Positions 1 to 9,644 of a DNA stretch of 12,115 bases are shown here, piece after piece. Under the pieces are notes generated by a model. It did no database searches and was not told the DNA's origin. It saw nothing but the letters and a program-made list of their open reading frames with translations. The stretch lies in NCBI GenBank assembly GCA_033442325.1, contig JAWQFM010000018.1, positions 1,365,164-1,377,278 on the forward strand, in the 5' to 3' direction. Source of the stretch: Salpingoeca rosetta. Taxonomy: Eukaryota; Protista; Choanoflagellata. Positions within the stretch are counted from its first letter, which is position 1, and the number at the start of each line of letters is the position of its first letter. The translations under genes were made by a program, and so were the position numbers.

Positions 1-339
1 CGTGTGTGATGTGCTTTGTGTTCTTGTGTGTTCCGTGTGTGTGTCGTGCGTTGCCTCGGAGTCAACCCGTTTTGGTATTGTGTGCGTGTCTGTCTGGATC
101 CACCTCTCTCTCACACACATCGTCTCTTTGTATGTTTGCTTGTGTATGCGCAGGGACATTGTGTTGGTGTGCGCGTGCCGGTGGTTTGGCGAAGAGCGCA
201 TGGGCCGTGAGGGGAAGGTTGGATATGGCCCCTCGTGTAAGCAGGCAGAGGAAGAGTTCAACAAGTACACGTACACGGAACTGGCACTGGAGACCAAGGT
301 TGGGCTCATCGTGGATGGATATGGCTACCACTCCTTCAG

Positions 340-389
340 GTGTGTGTGTGTGTGTGTGATTGTGTGTGTGTGTGTGCGTGTGTGTGTGT
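340..389 (+). repeat. (GT)n microsatellite starting at the 5' splice site
   Basis: Imperfect GT repeat directly after exon 154-339. Confidence 0.95.
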
Positions 390-533
390 TGCAGACGATT
401 TCGGTCCTGTTCTTGCTCATCAACACCTTCCATCTCCTGTCACCCCCTTTCATGCCTCATAGATCATGGCTGCGGGTGCCATCCCCGTCATTGTCGTCGA
501 TCACTACGTGCTGACGCGTATGGATGCCACTTG

Positions 534-545
534 GTGTGTGTGTGT

Positions 546-602
<57 letters not shown>
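534..602 (+). repeat. (GT)n intronic microsatellite
   Basis: Direct observation. Confidence 0.95.
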
Positions 603-604
<2 letters not shown>

Positions 605-1204
605 AGATGTACCCCTCCCGTCGCTCATGGTGCTGTGACGTGATGTTCTGGCGTTTGCTTTTTGCGCGCTTGCAGCCCTACCAGGACCTGCTGGACTGGG
701 AGACGTTCAGCATCCGCATTCCCCAAGCACAGGCTCCTCGAGGTGTGGTGACAGATCGGTGACATGGGGATGTCAAGTTATGCGTGAGGGGGGATGTGGT
801 TTTCGATGGGGATTGTGTTTGGTGATGGCTTGCATGTCACGTCGCAGACACACACACACGCACGCACGCACACACACAACTGTGTTCAGCGTCCGAGGAT
901 CCTGCGGTCGATCCCTGATGAGGTGGTGGAGATGATACAGAGACGCGTTGTGTTTGTGTTTGAGGAGTTCTTCAAGTCCCTCTCCACCCACGTGCACACA
1001 GGTGAGGGAGTGAGTCATTGGGACAGGGAGTTCTGGAGTGAGTTTGGCGACGTTTGTGGTGGTGTGTGCGTTGCTCACTTGTTCTCGTGTCCATTCAACC
1101 ACTCTCACCATCTGCCAACCTGTGTGTCATAACTGTGGTATGTGCTGCTGTCAGCGCTGGAGTCTGCCAGGATCAACCTGTTCAGTGGCGACAACGCCTG
1201 GCAG

Positions 1205-1208
<4 letters not shown>

Positions 1209-1295
<87 letters not shown>

Positions 1296-1323
1296 TGTGT
1301 CTGTGTGTGTGTGTGTGTGTGTG
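1209..1323 (+). repeat. (GT)n microsatellite, about 115 bp, just after the donor at 1205
   Basis: Direct observation. Confidence 0.95.
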
Positions 1324-1423
1324 AAAGAGATCGTGTGAAGGGGTGCGAATCAGCACGGTCACCTCACAACATCTCGCTGCCACCACCAACACCTTCATGG
1401 CGCACACGCACAAATGTTCGCAG

Positions 1424-1468
1424 GGGGAAGATGCAAGTGGAAGGGCTGGCGTACGGCACGCCCAATGA
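1424..1468 (+). CDS. Possible terminal exon of the exostosin-like gene (GEDASGRAGVRHAQ*)
   Basis: TTCGCAG acceptor at 1423, phase-0 compatible with the donor at 1205, ending at TGA 1466-1468. No recognisable homology. Confidence 0.3.
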   Translation, partial: GEDASGRAGVRHAQ

Positions 1469-1578
1469 CACGCCACACGATGTGATGCAGGAGTCTGTAT
1501 GATGCAACACCCACGCCCACCAACGAACGGCGGCCAAGGATAATGCGCCCATGTGATGTGTTTGTGTGCGATGACGAT

Positions 1579-1630
1579 GAGGAGGAGGATGAGGAGGAGG
1601 AGGAGGAGGAGGAGGAGGAGAGGAGGAGGA
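1579..1630 (+). repeat. (GAG)n microsatellite
   Basis: Imperfect GAG run. Confidence 0.9.
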
Positions 1631-1757
1631 AGATGTCTAACAGCGTGACCAAGATCAGCTTTGTCACTAGTTCAATAGTTCAGCCTAACTGTGTGTGGTT
1701 ACTCTGCGTCAGTACATGAAAGTAAACGTGTTGAGAAGACACGATGTCAGCCAGGCA

Positions 1758-1758
<1 letters not shown>

Positions 1759-1794
<36 letters not shown>
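1759..1794 (+). repeat. (TG)n microsatellite
   Basis: Direct observation. Confidence 0.95.
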
Positions 1795-1796
<2 letters not shown>

Positions 1797-2012
1797 GCAA
1801 AGCAACGCTGCAGTCAAGCAACAAGAGAGAGGGAGATGAGCCAACACACGCCACCACCTCTTCACCCACGAAGTGGAAGCAAGCAACTCAGCAAGCAAAG
1901 AAGAGAAGAAGTAAACCAAATCAAGCCAAGCCAAGACAAAAGTGAAGAGAGGAATGAGGAGACACAGCTACCACCACCACCACAGCACCACCATAGCAGC
2001 CAGCCATATGAC

Positions 2013-2022
2013 AAAAAAAAAA
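2013..2022 (-). terminator. RNA polymerase III oligo(dT) terminator of the 5S gene
   Basis: A10 on the + strand (T10 on the - strand) begins 8 nt after the 5S 3' end: ...GTTGCTC TTTCTTCC TTTTTTTTTT. Confidence 0.85.
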
Positions 2023-2030
2023 GGAAGAAA

Positions 2031-2149
2031 GAGCAACATCACCCGTGATTCCCGCCTGGTCACCCACGGCAGTACTGAACGGGCCCAAACGGGCTTAGCT
2101 TCCGCGATCGGACGAGAGCGGGCGTGATCCCGTTGGTATGAACGTTGCC
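2031..2149 (-). rRNA. 5S ribosomal RNA gene (119 nt)
   Basis: Reverse complement: GGCAACGTTCATACCAACGGGATCACGCCCGCTCTCGTCCGATCGCGGAAGCTAAGCCCGTTTGGGCCCGTTCAGTACTGCCGTGGGTGACCAGGCGGGAATCACGGGTGATGTTGCTC. It carries the eukaryotic 5S signatures CATACC, CTCGTCCGATC, GAAGCTAAGC, AGTACT, GGGTGACC and GGGAA. All five helices pair: I GGCAACGUU/GAUGUUGCU; II CCAACGGG/CCCGUUUGG; III GCCCGC/GCGGAAGC; V GCCCGU/ACGGGU; IV CUGCCGUGG/CCAGGCGG. Confidence 0.97.
2053..2100 (-). promoter_or_regulatory. Type 1 Pol III internal control region (box A, intermediate element, box C; TFIIIA site)
   Basis: AGCTAAGCCC (box A-like) at about +50 and GTGGGTGACC (box C-like) at about +84, the canonical positions in 5S genes. 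Confidence 0.75.
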
Positions 2150-2169
2150 GACAGTGGAGGAAGGCAAGC

Positions 2170-2177
2170 AATTTATC
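2170..2177 (-). promoter_or_regulatory. Possible TATA-like upstream element of the 5S gene
   Basis: GATAAATT on the - strand at about -21 to -28 from the 5S start, an AT-rich patch in otherwise GC-balanced sequence. Confidence 0.35.
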
Positions 2178-2536
2178 AACGCAGCAAGCAAGCAAGAAAA
2201 AGATGAAAATCGCACACACACCAAAAAAACCAGCAGCAAACAAGCAGAAACAAGCAAACAACCGATTCTGCTTTCCAACCAACCAACCAACCAACCAATC
2301 CACTTGCCGTTGCTTGCTTCATTCTTCTTCTGCGCAGCAGCTGGTGTGTGTGTGATGGTGATGGTGGTGGGAATGGTGATGGTGATCATGGTCGTCGTCG
2401 CTGCTGCTGACAGGCAGGTGAGGCGAGTTGAGGTGAGGGTGAGGTGGGGGGATGTGAGGTGGGGTGAAGGTGTGTCATTGGTTCGTGCACACACGCACGC
2501 ACACATTGGTGGTTGTGCGTGCCACGTTCGTTCGTT

Positions 2537-2585
2537 CCTTCCTTCCTTCCCCTTCCTTCCCCTTCCTTCCCCTTCCCTTCCCTTC
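2537..2585 (+). repeat. (CCTT/CCTTC)n polypyrimidine repeat
   Basis: About 50 bp of pure C/T repeat. Confidence 0.9.
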
Positions 2586-3004
2586 ATCGTCCTTCTCGCT
2601 GACGCATTCACCCACACACACACACACACACACACATGTGCAGGGAGGGTGTGTGCACCGTCTCTCCCCCCTTCTCCCTTCCATCCATCCATCCTTCCTT
2701 CCATCATTGTCCATTTCCTTCTCCTGTGATGAACCACGCACAACCAACCAACCAACCAACAACCACATGACCCATCCATCGACAGGTGAGGGTGAGATGG
2801 AGTGCTCCCACTTCTTCCTCTTCCACTCCGTTCTCCTCCTCTTCCCCTTCTTCCCCTTGCACACTGCGCACAGAAACAAACAACCACCCCCATCAACAAC
2901 AACAACACCACAGCGCACACTGTCATCGTGCACACACACAGGTGGACCACCATCCATCCGTGCATGGGTGGGTGAATCACAACCAACACACACCACTGCG
3001 TGTG

Positions 3005-3005
<1 letters not shown>

Positions 3006-3052
<47 letters not shown>
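3006..3052 (+). repeat. (CA)n microsatellite
   Basis: Direct observation. Confidence 0.95.
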
Positions 3053-3056
<4 letters not shown>

Positions 3057-4694
3057 TCACCGTTGTGTGGTGACAGAACAGCTGCCATCAGCCACCATCA
3101 TGCAGCGGCGACCCTGAGAATGGATCATGCAACCTCTCAACCAGTGAGCAGCACACACATGTGAGAGAGGGGGGAAATGGCATCAACCAACATCACAGCC
3201 AATGTGTATGTGTGTGTGTGTGTGTGCACGGCGCTGTGTTTCTGCCCATCCTCCTCCTGCTTTCTCCTCCTTCTGTCTGTGCCACGCTGCTCACTGCTGC
3301 TGGTATTGTTGCTTGCTTGTTTGTGGTGGTGCGTGCAGATGGATGCATTCCATCATCATCATCATCAGCAGCAGCAACAAGTGCTGGCTGATGCGTGAGG
3401 CAGTGGGCAACTCCCACCCCAACCAACCAACCAACAAATGACTGCGTGCTGACGGATGAATGGTAATCGAACCACTGCCAGGCAGGTGTGTGTGTGCGTG
3501 TCTCGAGGTGCATGTTCTCTTCTCCACCCATCCACACGCCGTCGCCACCACACCCTCATTTTCTCTTGTGTGTTTGCTCAAATCCCCCCTTCCCACCCTC
3601 ACCACCAAGACCACCACCACCCTTCTCGTTTGTTTCGTTCTCCTTCCTTTCTGCTGTCGCCACACAGAGGGCCTTTGAACCAGCAGCTGTCACCCCTTCC
3701 CTCCACCAAACACCACTGCTCTGGTGGGATGAACAGACGGGCGCTGCCATGTGATGACCATCCAGCCACGCTTGTGCGGCTGTGGAAGCTGCAACACCAC
3801 CACACCACACCACAAACAAGCAAGCGATGAGCAACGTGAGTGCATCATTGCGTGTGCGTGTGTATGCTGCGCACCGCTCCAGTGTGCGTGTTTTGTGGTC
3901 GCTGTCTCTGCTGCTCCTGTCTCCCCTTGTTGTCCCACATTAATGTGTGCATGAGTGGTGTGGCCGCATGTTTTGCCTTGCTTGATGCAGTGTCTCACTC
4001 GTCGTTCTCACACACAACTGCTTGCACACCTGCACATTCCCCACGTTGCAGCCGCTGCTTATATTCCCCTCTCTTTCTCGCCCTCCCTGGCGGCCATCAC
4101 AACAACAACAACAGCAGCAGCATCCAACACACCCTCCACCGCCGATGCAGCAGCAGCAGAGAATGCACCACCACCGCTTGCTGCTGAACACATCCCCCAA
4201 CCAACCAACCCATCGCCCGCTGCTGCTGCTGGCGGGAAGCTGGCTGCCTGCTGCTGGGAACAGGTGCCGACAGGACAAGTTGCATTTTCGGCTGGAACCA
4301 GCAGAGGTGATGTGAGGGCGAGAAGAAGAGGGGAAACGGCGAAGATATGTGTTGGCTGGATGGATGGATGGATGGATGAGGTGGGGTGGGGGATGCTGGG
4401 TGAGTATGGTGTGGTGTGGTGTGGCTGGTGACAGGGAATGGCGGTGTGGTGTTGTGAGGAAGATGGATGGATGAATGGATGGCGTGCAGCATGTCTTGTT
4501 CCCTCCCTTCTGTTTTCTGTTTTCTCTCTCTTCCCTTTCTTCTTCTTCGCACAAATGCATGCACAACACCAGCAGTGGCAGCAGCAGTGTAGCTGTGCAC
4601 ATATCCATGCTCCCTCTTTCCCTCCCACTCACTCACCATGCTGGTGCTCGCACACAAACACACTTACAGGCGATGCGCACGCACAAGCATCAGG

Positions 4695-5453
4695 ATGAGG
4701 GAAATGTCAAGGATACTTGTCACGCGTGCCAAGTGTACTCGCCTCACACATGGTATGTGGGTGGTGATGAGTGGTTGGTTGGTATGTGATGGGCTGGTGG
4801 GTGATGGTGATGGGGTGCGGTGAAGCGAACAAGGGGAAGAAGGGTTCATGGGGGATGATGATCACGCACACTGACACGCACACACACACACACACACATA
4901 CGCGCACACGTGGTGCGTGTGATGTCAATCACTCTTTCTGCTGTGCTGACATAATGGCTTGCTCTGCGTGTTCTGTTCCCATCCACGTTCCCTGCAACCA
5001 CACATGCACACACGCACACACGCATGCACAGGTGGTGAGGTACCAGCACACATCAGGATGGTAATGATGGAAGCGGGCTCGCATGCCGGCTGCTGCTGCA
5101 GCAACCACCCTGATTCAGCTGCCGCTGCTGTGCTCATGCAGTGTTCCCATATGCGTGAGCAAGGTGAGCCCATCATGGATGCTTTGGTTGGCACATGGTG
5201 CATGTGTTGGTGTTGCTGCTGCTGTGCGCGCGGTGTTGCTGTTGCTGCTGCTGTGCCTCGTGCAGCAGTGTAGCTGTGCGACTCACATGCCATGTGTATG
5301 TGCATGTGGCTGCAAGGGGGGCGACTGCGTGACGATCGTTGGAGGATGATGGGCGGGTGCACACATGATGGATTGGGAGGAGCAGCTGTGGACACACACG
5401 TCCATGGTCATAGCGGGCACATCCAACCACAGCGACGCAGTCATGTGCAGGTG

Positions 5454-5500
<47 letters not shown>

Positions 5501-6259
5501 TGGGGCGAGGAGGAGGAGAGCAGGGAGGAGCAGGAAGCTGAATACGCCTGATGTGCTCACATGCCATGTCTATGCCTTGTGGGTGATGGTATCGTTGTGT
5601 CTTGTCGTTGCGTGTTGGTTGCATGGGCACCAGGGCCACATCACAAGAGGGGAAGGAATCCGCCATGAACGACCCATCATCATCAACCTTCCCCATTTCT
5701 CGCTCCTTTCTTTCTCTTCCACCTCAGCTCCGCTGTCACCGCCATCACCGTCACCATCGCCATCGACTGCACAGCCGCCATCACACGCCGGCCGACAACG
5801 GCCCCAATCTGGCGTGAGGCAGACATTGCACATGTCAGTCGCTCTGATGAAGAGGTGAGCAATGTGTGCGTATGCGTGGTGGTGAGTGGGGACAACATGT
5901 GTGCGTGTGGTTGTGTGTCAATGCGCGTGGTTGGGTGGGCTGGCGTGTGGTTGATGATGCTTCGCTGTCAACCTCACCACCCTGCATTCTCTCCCATCTT
6001 GTTTCCGTGCACACACACGTTTCACAGCGTTGAGGAGGCGCATGAAGCGGTGGAACCAACGACGATGACGGTGACGGGTGATGAAGGTGAGAGTGCGACT
6101 GAGATGTGTGTGTGCGTGTGGTTGACATGTTGTGTTTCCTTCTTCTCCTGCCACTTTCCTTGTCTGTTCTGTCCACTGATGTGTCTCTTCTTCTCCTCCT
6201 TGTTTTTTTCGATTGATTTGGACACAGGGCCATGTATCTGTCTGCATCCAACCGACTGA
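4695..6259 (+). CDS. Candidate spliced orphan ORF (108 aa, Ser/Pro-rich), hypothetical
   Basis: Exons 4695-4752, 5032-5060, 5142-5163, 5728-5854, 6028-6086 and 6228-6259. Donors are GTATGT, GTAATG, GTGAGC, GTGAGC and GTGAGA; all acceptors are CAG. They join into one stop-free frame. No domain recognised. Confidence 0.28.
5457..5499 (+). repeat. (GT)n microsatellite
   Basis: Direct observation. Confidence 0.95.
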
Positions 6260-7256
6260 CCAAGCAGCCGAGCGAGCAAGCAAAGGACACGGCGTGGCAA
6301 GGGGCCGTTTGTTTTCACCGTTTCCACCACAAGCAACAACAGCAGCAACAGCTGATGTGTGGCTGCATTTTGTATGAACGGGCCCTCTGTCTCTCGTCCA
6401 TCTCCTCCTCGTCATCGTCGTGGCCCTCATTGGTCAACAGCAGCGGCTGCGGCCATGGATGTGGAGGTGAGGTGAATGATGGTGGTTGTGGTGATGATGT
6501 GGGTGGTGTGTGATGTGTTGGGTGTGAACACCAGCATGTGTAGATGTGATGTGAGGTGCTGGTTGGATGTCGTTGGGTCTGTTGGTGGTGGCAATGGGGT
6601 TTGTTGTCGTTGACAGCCTGATTCTGTGACAACTCACCTCTTTCTCCACACGCACACGTACAGGGGGTGTAATGTGCGTCGATGTGCCGTTGCCTCGCAT
6701 GACGACGATGATGGTGGTGTGTGGTGGATGTACACGGCGCACGCACACGCATGTGCAGATGTGCTGCTTGTGGTGGTGGTCGTGGTGGTGGTGTTTGCGA
6801 GGGGATGTGACATATGCGTGCACAGGTGACGATATGGGTGATGTGAATGTGGCACAAGGAGGTGGATGTGGTTTGTTTCTGCCATGCTGGCTCACTTCGT
6901 CGTGTCATTCTTGCTGATTTGGTTGTTTGTGCTTGTGCGTGTGTACATGTGTGTGATTCTGCTCTGGACGGTGGCTGTTCTCTTCCCAAGCCCTCATGAC
7001 ACGAGCAGGGCGATACACGCACACACACAAATGTGCCAGAGAAGAAGACACGAGGTGAGACGCTGCCGCTGTGTGTGTGTGTGTGTGTGCGGTGATGGGG
7101 TGATGGGGCGGTAGCACACATTCACACGCATGTACACGCATGTACACATGCATGCTAACACACCAGAGCAGTCATTGGCTGTGGGGTGGTGGTACTGACA
7201 TGTGTCTCACATGAATCAATCACACAACTCAAATGTGCGTGTGTGCGTGGCTGCAG

Positions 7257-7425
7257 GCGCATGTGTGCGGGTTTCCCCAACCGAATCCCCTTCCTCATTT
7301 CCCAACCAATCGCCTTTGCTCTGTGTCATCATCATCTTCATCAGCCTTCCCCATGTGATGTGGAGCTGTTGAGGCATGATCGAGACAACGGCCAACACAG
7401 GTATTTCAGCAGTGGTGGATGTGGT
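7257..7425 (+). pseudogene. Possible decayed myosin motor-domain fragment (SH1 helix/converter region)
   Basis: After a CTGCAG acceptor the frame reads RMCAGFPNRIPF, resembling the myosin motif R..GFPNRI.F. About 40 codons later GGC-C-AAC-ACA-G-GTA-TTT resembles a frameshifted G.TKVF. The intervening sequence is not conserved. Confidence 0.3.
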
Positions 7426-8776
7426 GATACTTGCTTACCGTGCTTGCTTGGTTGGTTGCTTGCCTGTTGGATGCTTGCTTCGTTGTTCTTGTGTGTATCT
7501 GATGCACCCCCGCCCACAACATGCTGCATATTCCCATGCGTGGTCCCTTGCGCCCCACCTTTCGTGTTCTCACCACCACCGGTCATTGTTGTTCGTCTCT
7601 GGTTGGTTTCTCCTTGCCTCACAGGCACGCAGGGCAGGCTAGCTCGCTGCTGCTGGTGTGCTGCTGTGATGAAGGCCGTGCGTGTGCATGTGCTGTGCGC
7701 CGTGTTCCGGGCTGCACTGAAGAAGACAAGGAAGGACACGGCCCGTGCCCACCACTCTTCCCCCCTTCATCTCCTCTTTCTGCTCCATCAGCGATGACGA
7801 TGGTGGCCGTGGCATGTGATTGCGGTTCCTTTTTGTTTGGCTTCGCTGTGGCACGTTGGCTGGCTGGCTGGCTGCATCAAGCACAGGTGAGGATGATCGT
7901 TGGCGGTTGGTTGGTGAGTGGGCTGGGTTGTGCGGAGTGGTGAGAAGCGGGGGGAGGAGGGAAGTGACACGGTGGTGGTGGTGATGGCGGTGGTGGTGCA
8001 ACGTGGGAGTGCGGAGCGAAAGGAGGGAGAGGGAGGGGAAGGGATGGAGGGCGATGATGTTGGTTGGGGGATGGGGATGCGCGTGCACATGCACGTGATG
8101 TCGTGTGGTGGTGGTATCACATGACAATGGCACATACGTCAGTGGCTCATTCCTTTTCCTTACACCTGTGTGTGATTGTGGTGATGACTGCAGCAGGCAG
8201 CACAGGGCGGTGGATGCTGGATTGGATTGGTTGGGGTTGCTTGGCCGTTGTGTCGTGTCGCCCATTTCTCTCTCTCCGTTGCTCATCTCAACTGGGAACA
8301 CACACAGCGATGTGTGTATGTGTGCGTGTACATGCGTGTGCGTCGCCATCAACCACGCCGACAGCGACACGATGCACGAGGTGAGGGCACGCAATGGTGT
8401 GCGTGTGTTTGGTGGAAGAGGGATGAGGGAAAGTTGGGAGGAAGGCGTTCATCATGGCCACCATCACCACCATGGCTGTGTACCTGGTCATGTGACCGTG
8501 CATTTGGGGGATGGATATGAGGGAGAGATGTTATCGTTGTGTTGGTTGTGGTTGCATTGCTGTGTATGCGTGTGCATGGTGCACCGTCTCACTCTGCAAT
8601 GCCACGTGTGACTATGTGTGTGTGACTGCAGATGTGCGTGCGCGTGTGCGCATATATCAGGCAGATGCGTTGATCGACGATGAGGTGTGTGTGTGTGTGG
8701 TTGTGGTTGACCTTTGTGTTCTTGTGCCATCACACACAACACACAACCAACCACATCATCACCATGCACGCCCATG

Positions 8777-8876
8777 NNNNNNNNNNNNNNNNNNNNNNNN
8801 NNNNNNNNNNNNNNNNNNNNNNNNNNNNNNNNNNNNNNNNNNNNNNNNNNNNNNNNNNNNNNNNNNNNNNNNNNNN
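8777..8876. other. Assembly gap (100 N)
   Basis: Run of exactly 100 N, the usual placeholder for a gap of unknown size. Confidence 0.99.
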
Positions 8877-8924
8877 TGCGTGTGCGTGCATGTGCATGTG
8901 TACGCGAATGGAAAGTGCACGCAC

Positions 8925-9589
8925 TTATAACGCCTGTGAGACGCTCCTCTTCCTTCTCCGCCGCCTTCTTCGTGTCAGCCAGTGACACCTGCGCAGAAGC
9001 AAGCCGTTGGCATGCGGTGTCAAGAATAGGCAGTGGCCGAGAAAGAATAGGAAGCCAAGGAGGAGAAAACGAAGAGGGGGGGGGGCGGGAAGTAATCACA
9101 CACATACACAAACATAAACACAGTGCATGTTGGCTGGTGTCAAAACTCGATGGTATCATCAGTGACGTGTCAATACCTCCAGTTCCTGGATGCGCTCCAA
9201 GTCCTTCACACGCGCCTCGGCTTCACGCGCCTGAAACACACACGCACACACACACACACAAGTATTGGAATGTCAGTGCAGATGCAAGGGAGTGCATTAA
9301 GTGACGAGCATGTGCGTATGTGTGCCAAGTGGTTGATGATGCACGTGTTGCGTGGTTGTGTTTGTGGAGGCACATTAACAGGTGTCCATGTGTGTCCATG
9401 TGTGTCTACGTATCCATGTGTTTGTGCATCCAGGCATGCATGCGTGTGTGTGTGTGTGTGTACATGTGTGTACATGTGTGTGTGGCGAGCGCACCAGTTC
9501 TGCGACGTTCAGGAAGTTGTCCTGGTATGCGTCCATCTGCTCCTTGAGGGCGGGCGGTGCAGACTTGGACAGCTCCTGCACGCCCAAAT

Positions 9590-9644
<55 letters not shown>

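Larger units (their letters stand above)
154..1204 (+). pseudogene. Exostosin (EXT1-like, glycosyltransferase family 47) gene, 3' part of the GT47 domain; probably disabled, or mis-assembled
   Basis: Exons: 154-339 (DIVLVCACRWFGEERMGREGKVGYGPSCKQAEEEFNKYTYTELALETKVGLIVDGYGYHSFR), 463-513 (IMAAGAIPVIVVDHYVL), 676-742 (PYQDLLDWETFSIRIP/KHRLLE), 890-1001 (RPRILRSIPDEVVEMIQRRVVFVFEEFFKSLSTHVHT) and 1155-1204 (ALESARINLFSGDNAWQ). These are colinear with EXT1-type motifs (DVVLLTTC..C...EYEKYDY.E....TFCLV.RG....SFRFLEAL.A.CVPV.....ELPF...I.W......E..L..IP..IRSI...). Family assignment is strong. Three junctions cannot be spliced in frame with GT-AG sites (see findings). Confidence 0.72.

Noticed and set aside
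395-403. 9-nt microexon (TTGCAG|ACGATTTCG|GT) rescuing the EXT reading frame
   Set aside because: Ten nt are needed to fix the phase, and this segment does not encode the conserved [FL]xE.
514-523. Alternative donor GTATGG at 518 for the EXT exon
   Set aside because: It is phase 1, shifts the conserved PYQDLLDW exon out of frame, and does not compensate the downstream +1 lesion.
2013-2149. 5S-derived SINE or retropseudogene
   Set aside because: The sequence is full length with intact pairing and is followed by oligo-T on the sense strand rather than poly-A. No SINE body or target-site duplication was seen.
8365-8684. DTMHE|ADALIDDE as an ABC-transporter H-loop-adjacent motif
   Set aside because: It is too short, lacks the TTH motif, and no other ABC motifs are nearby.
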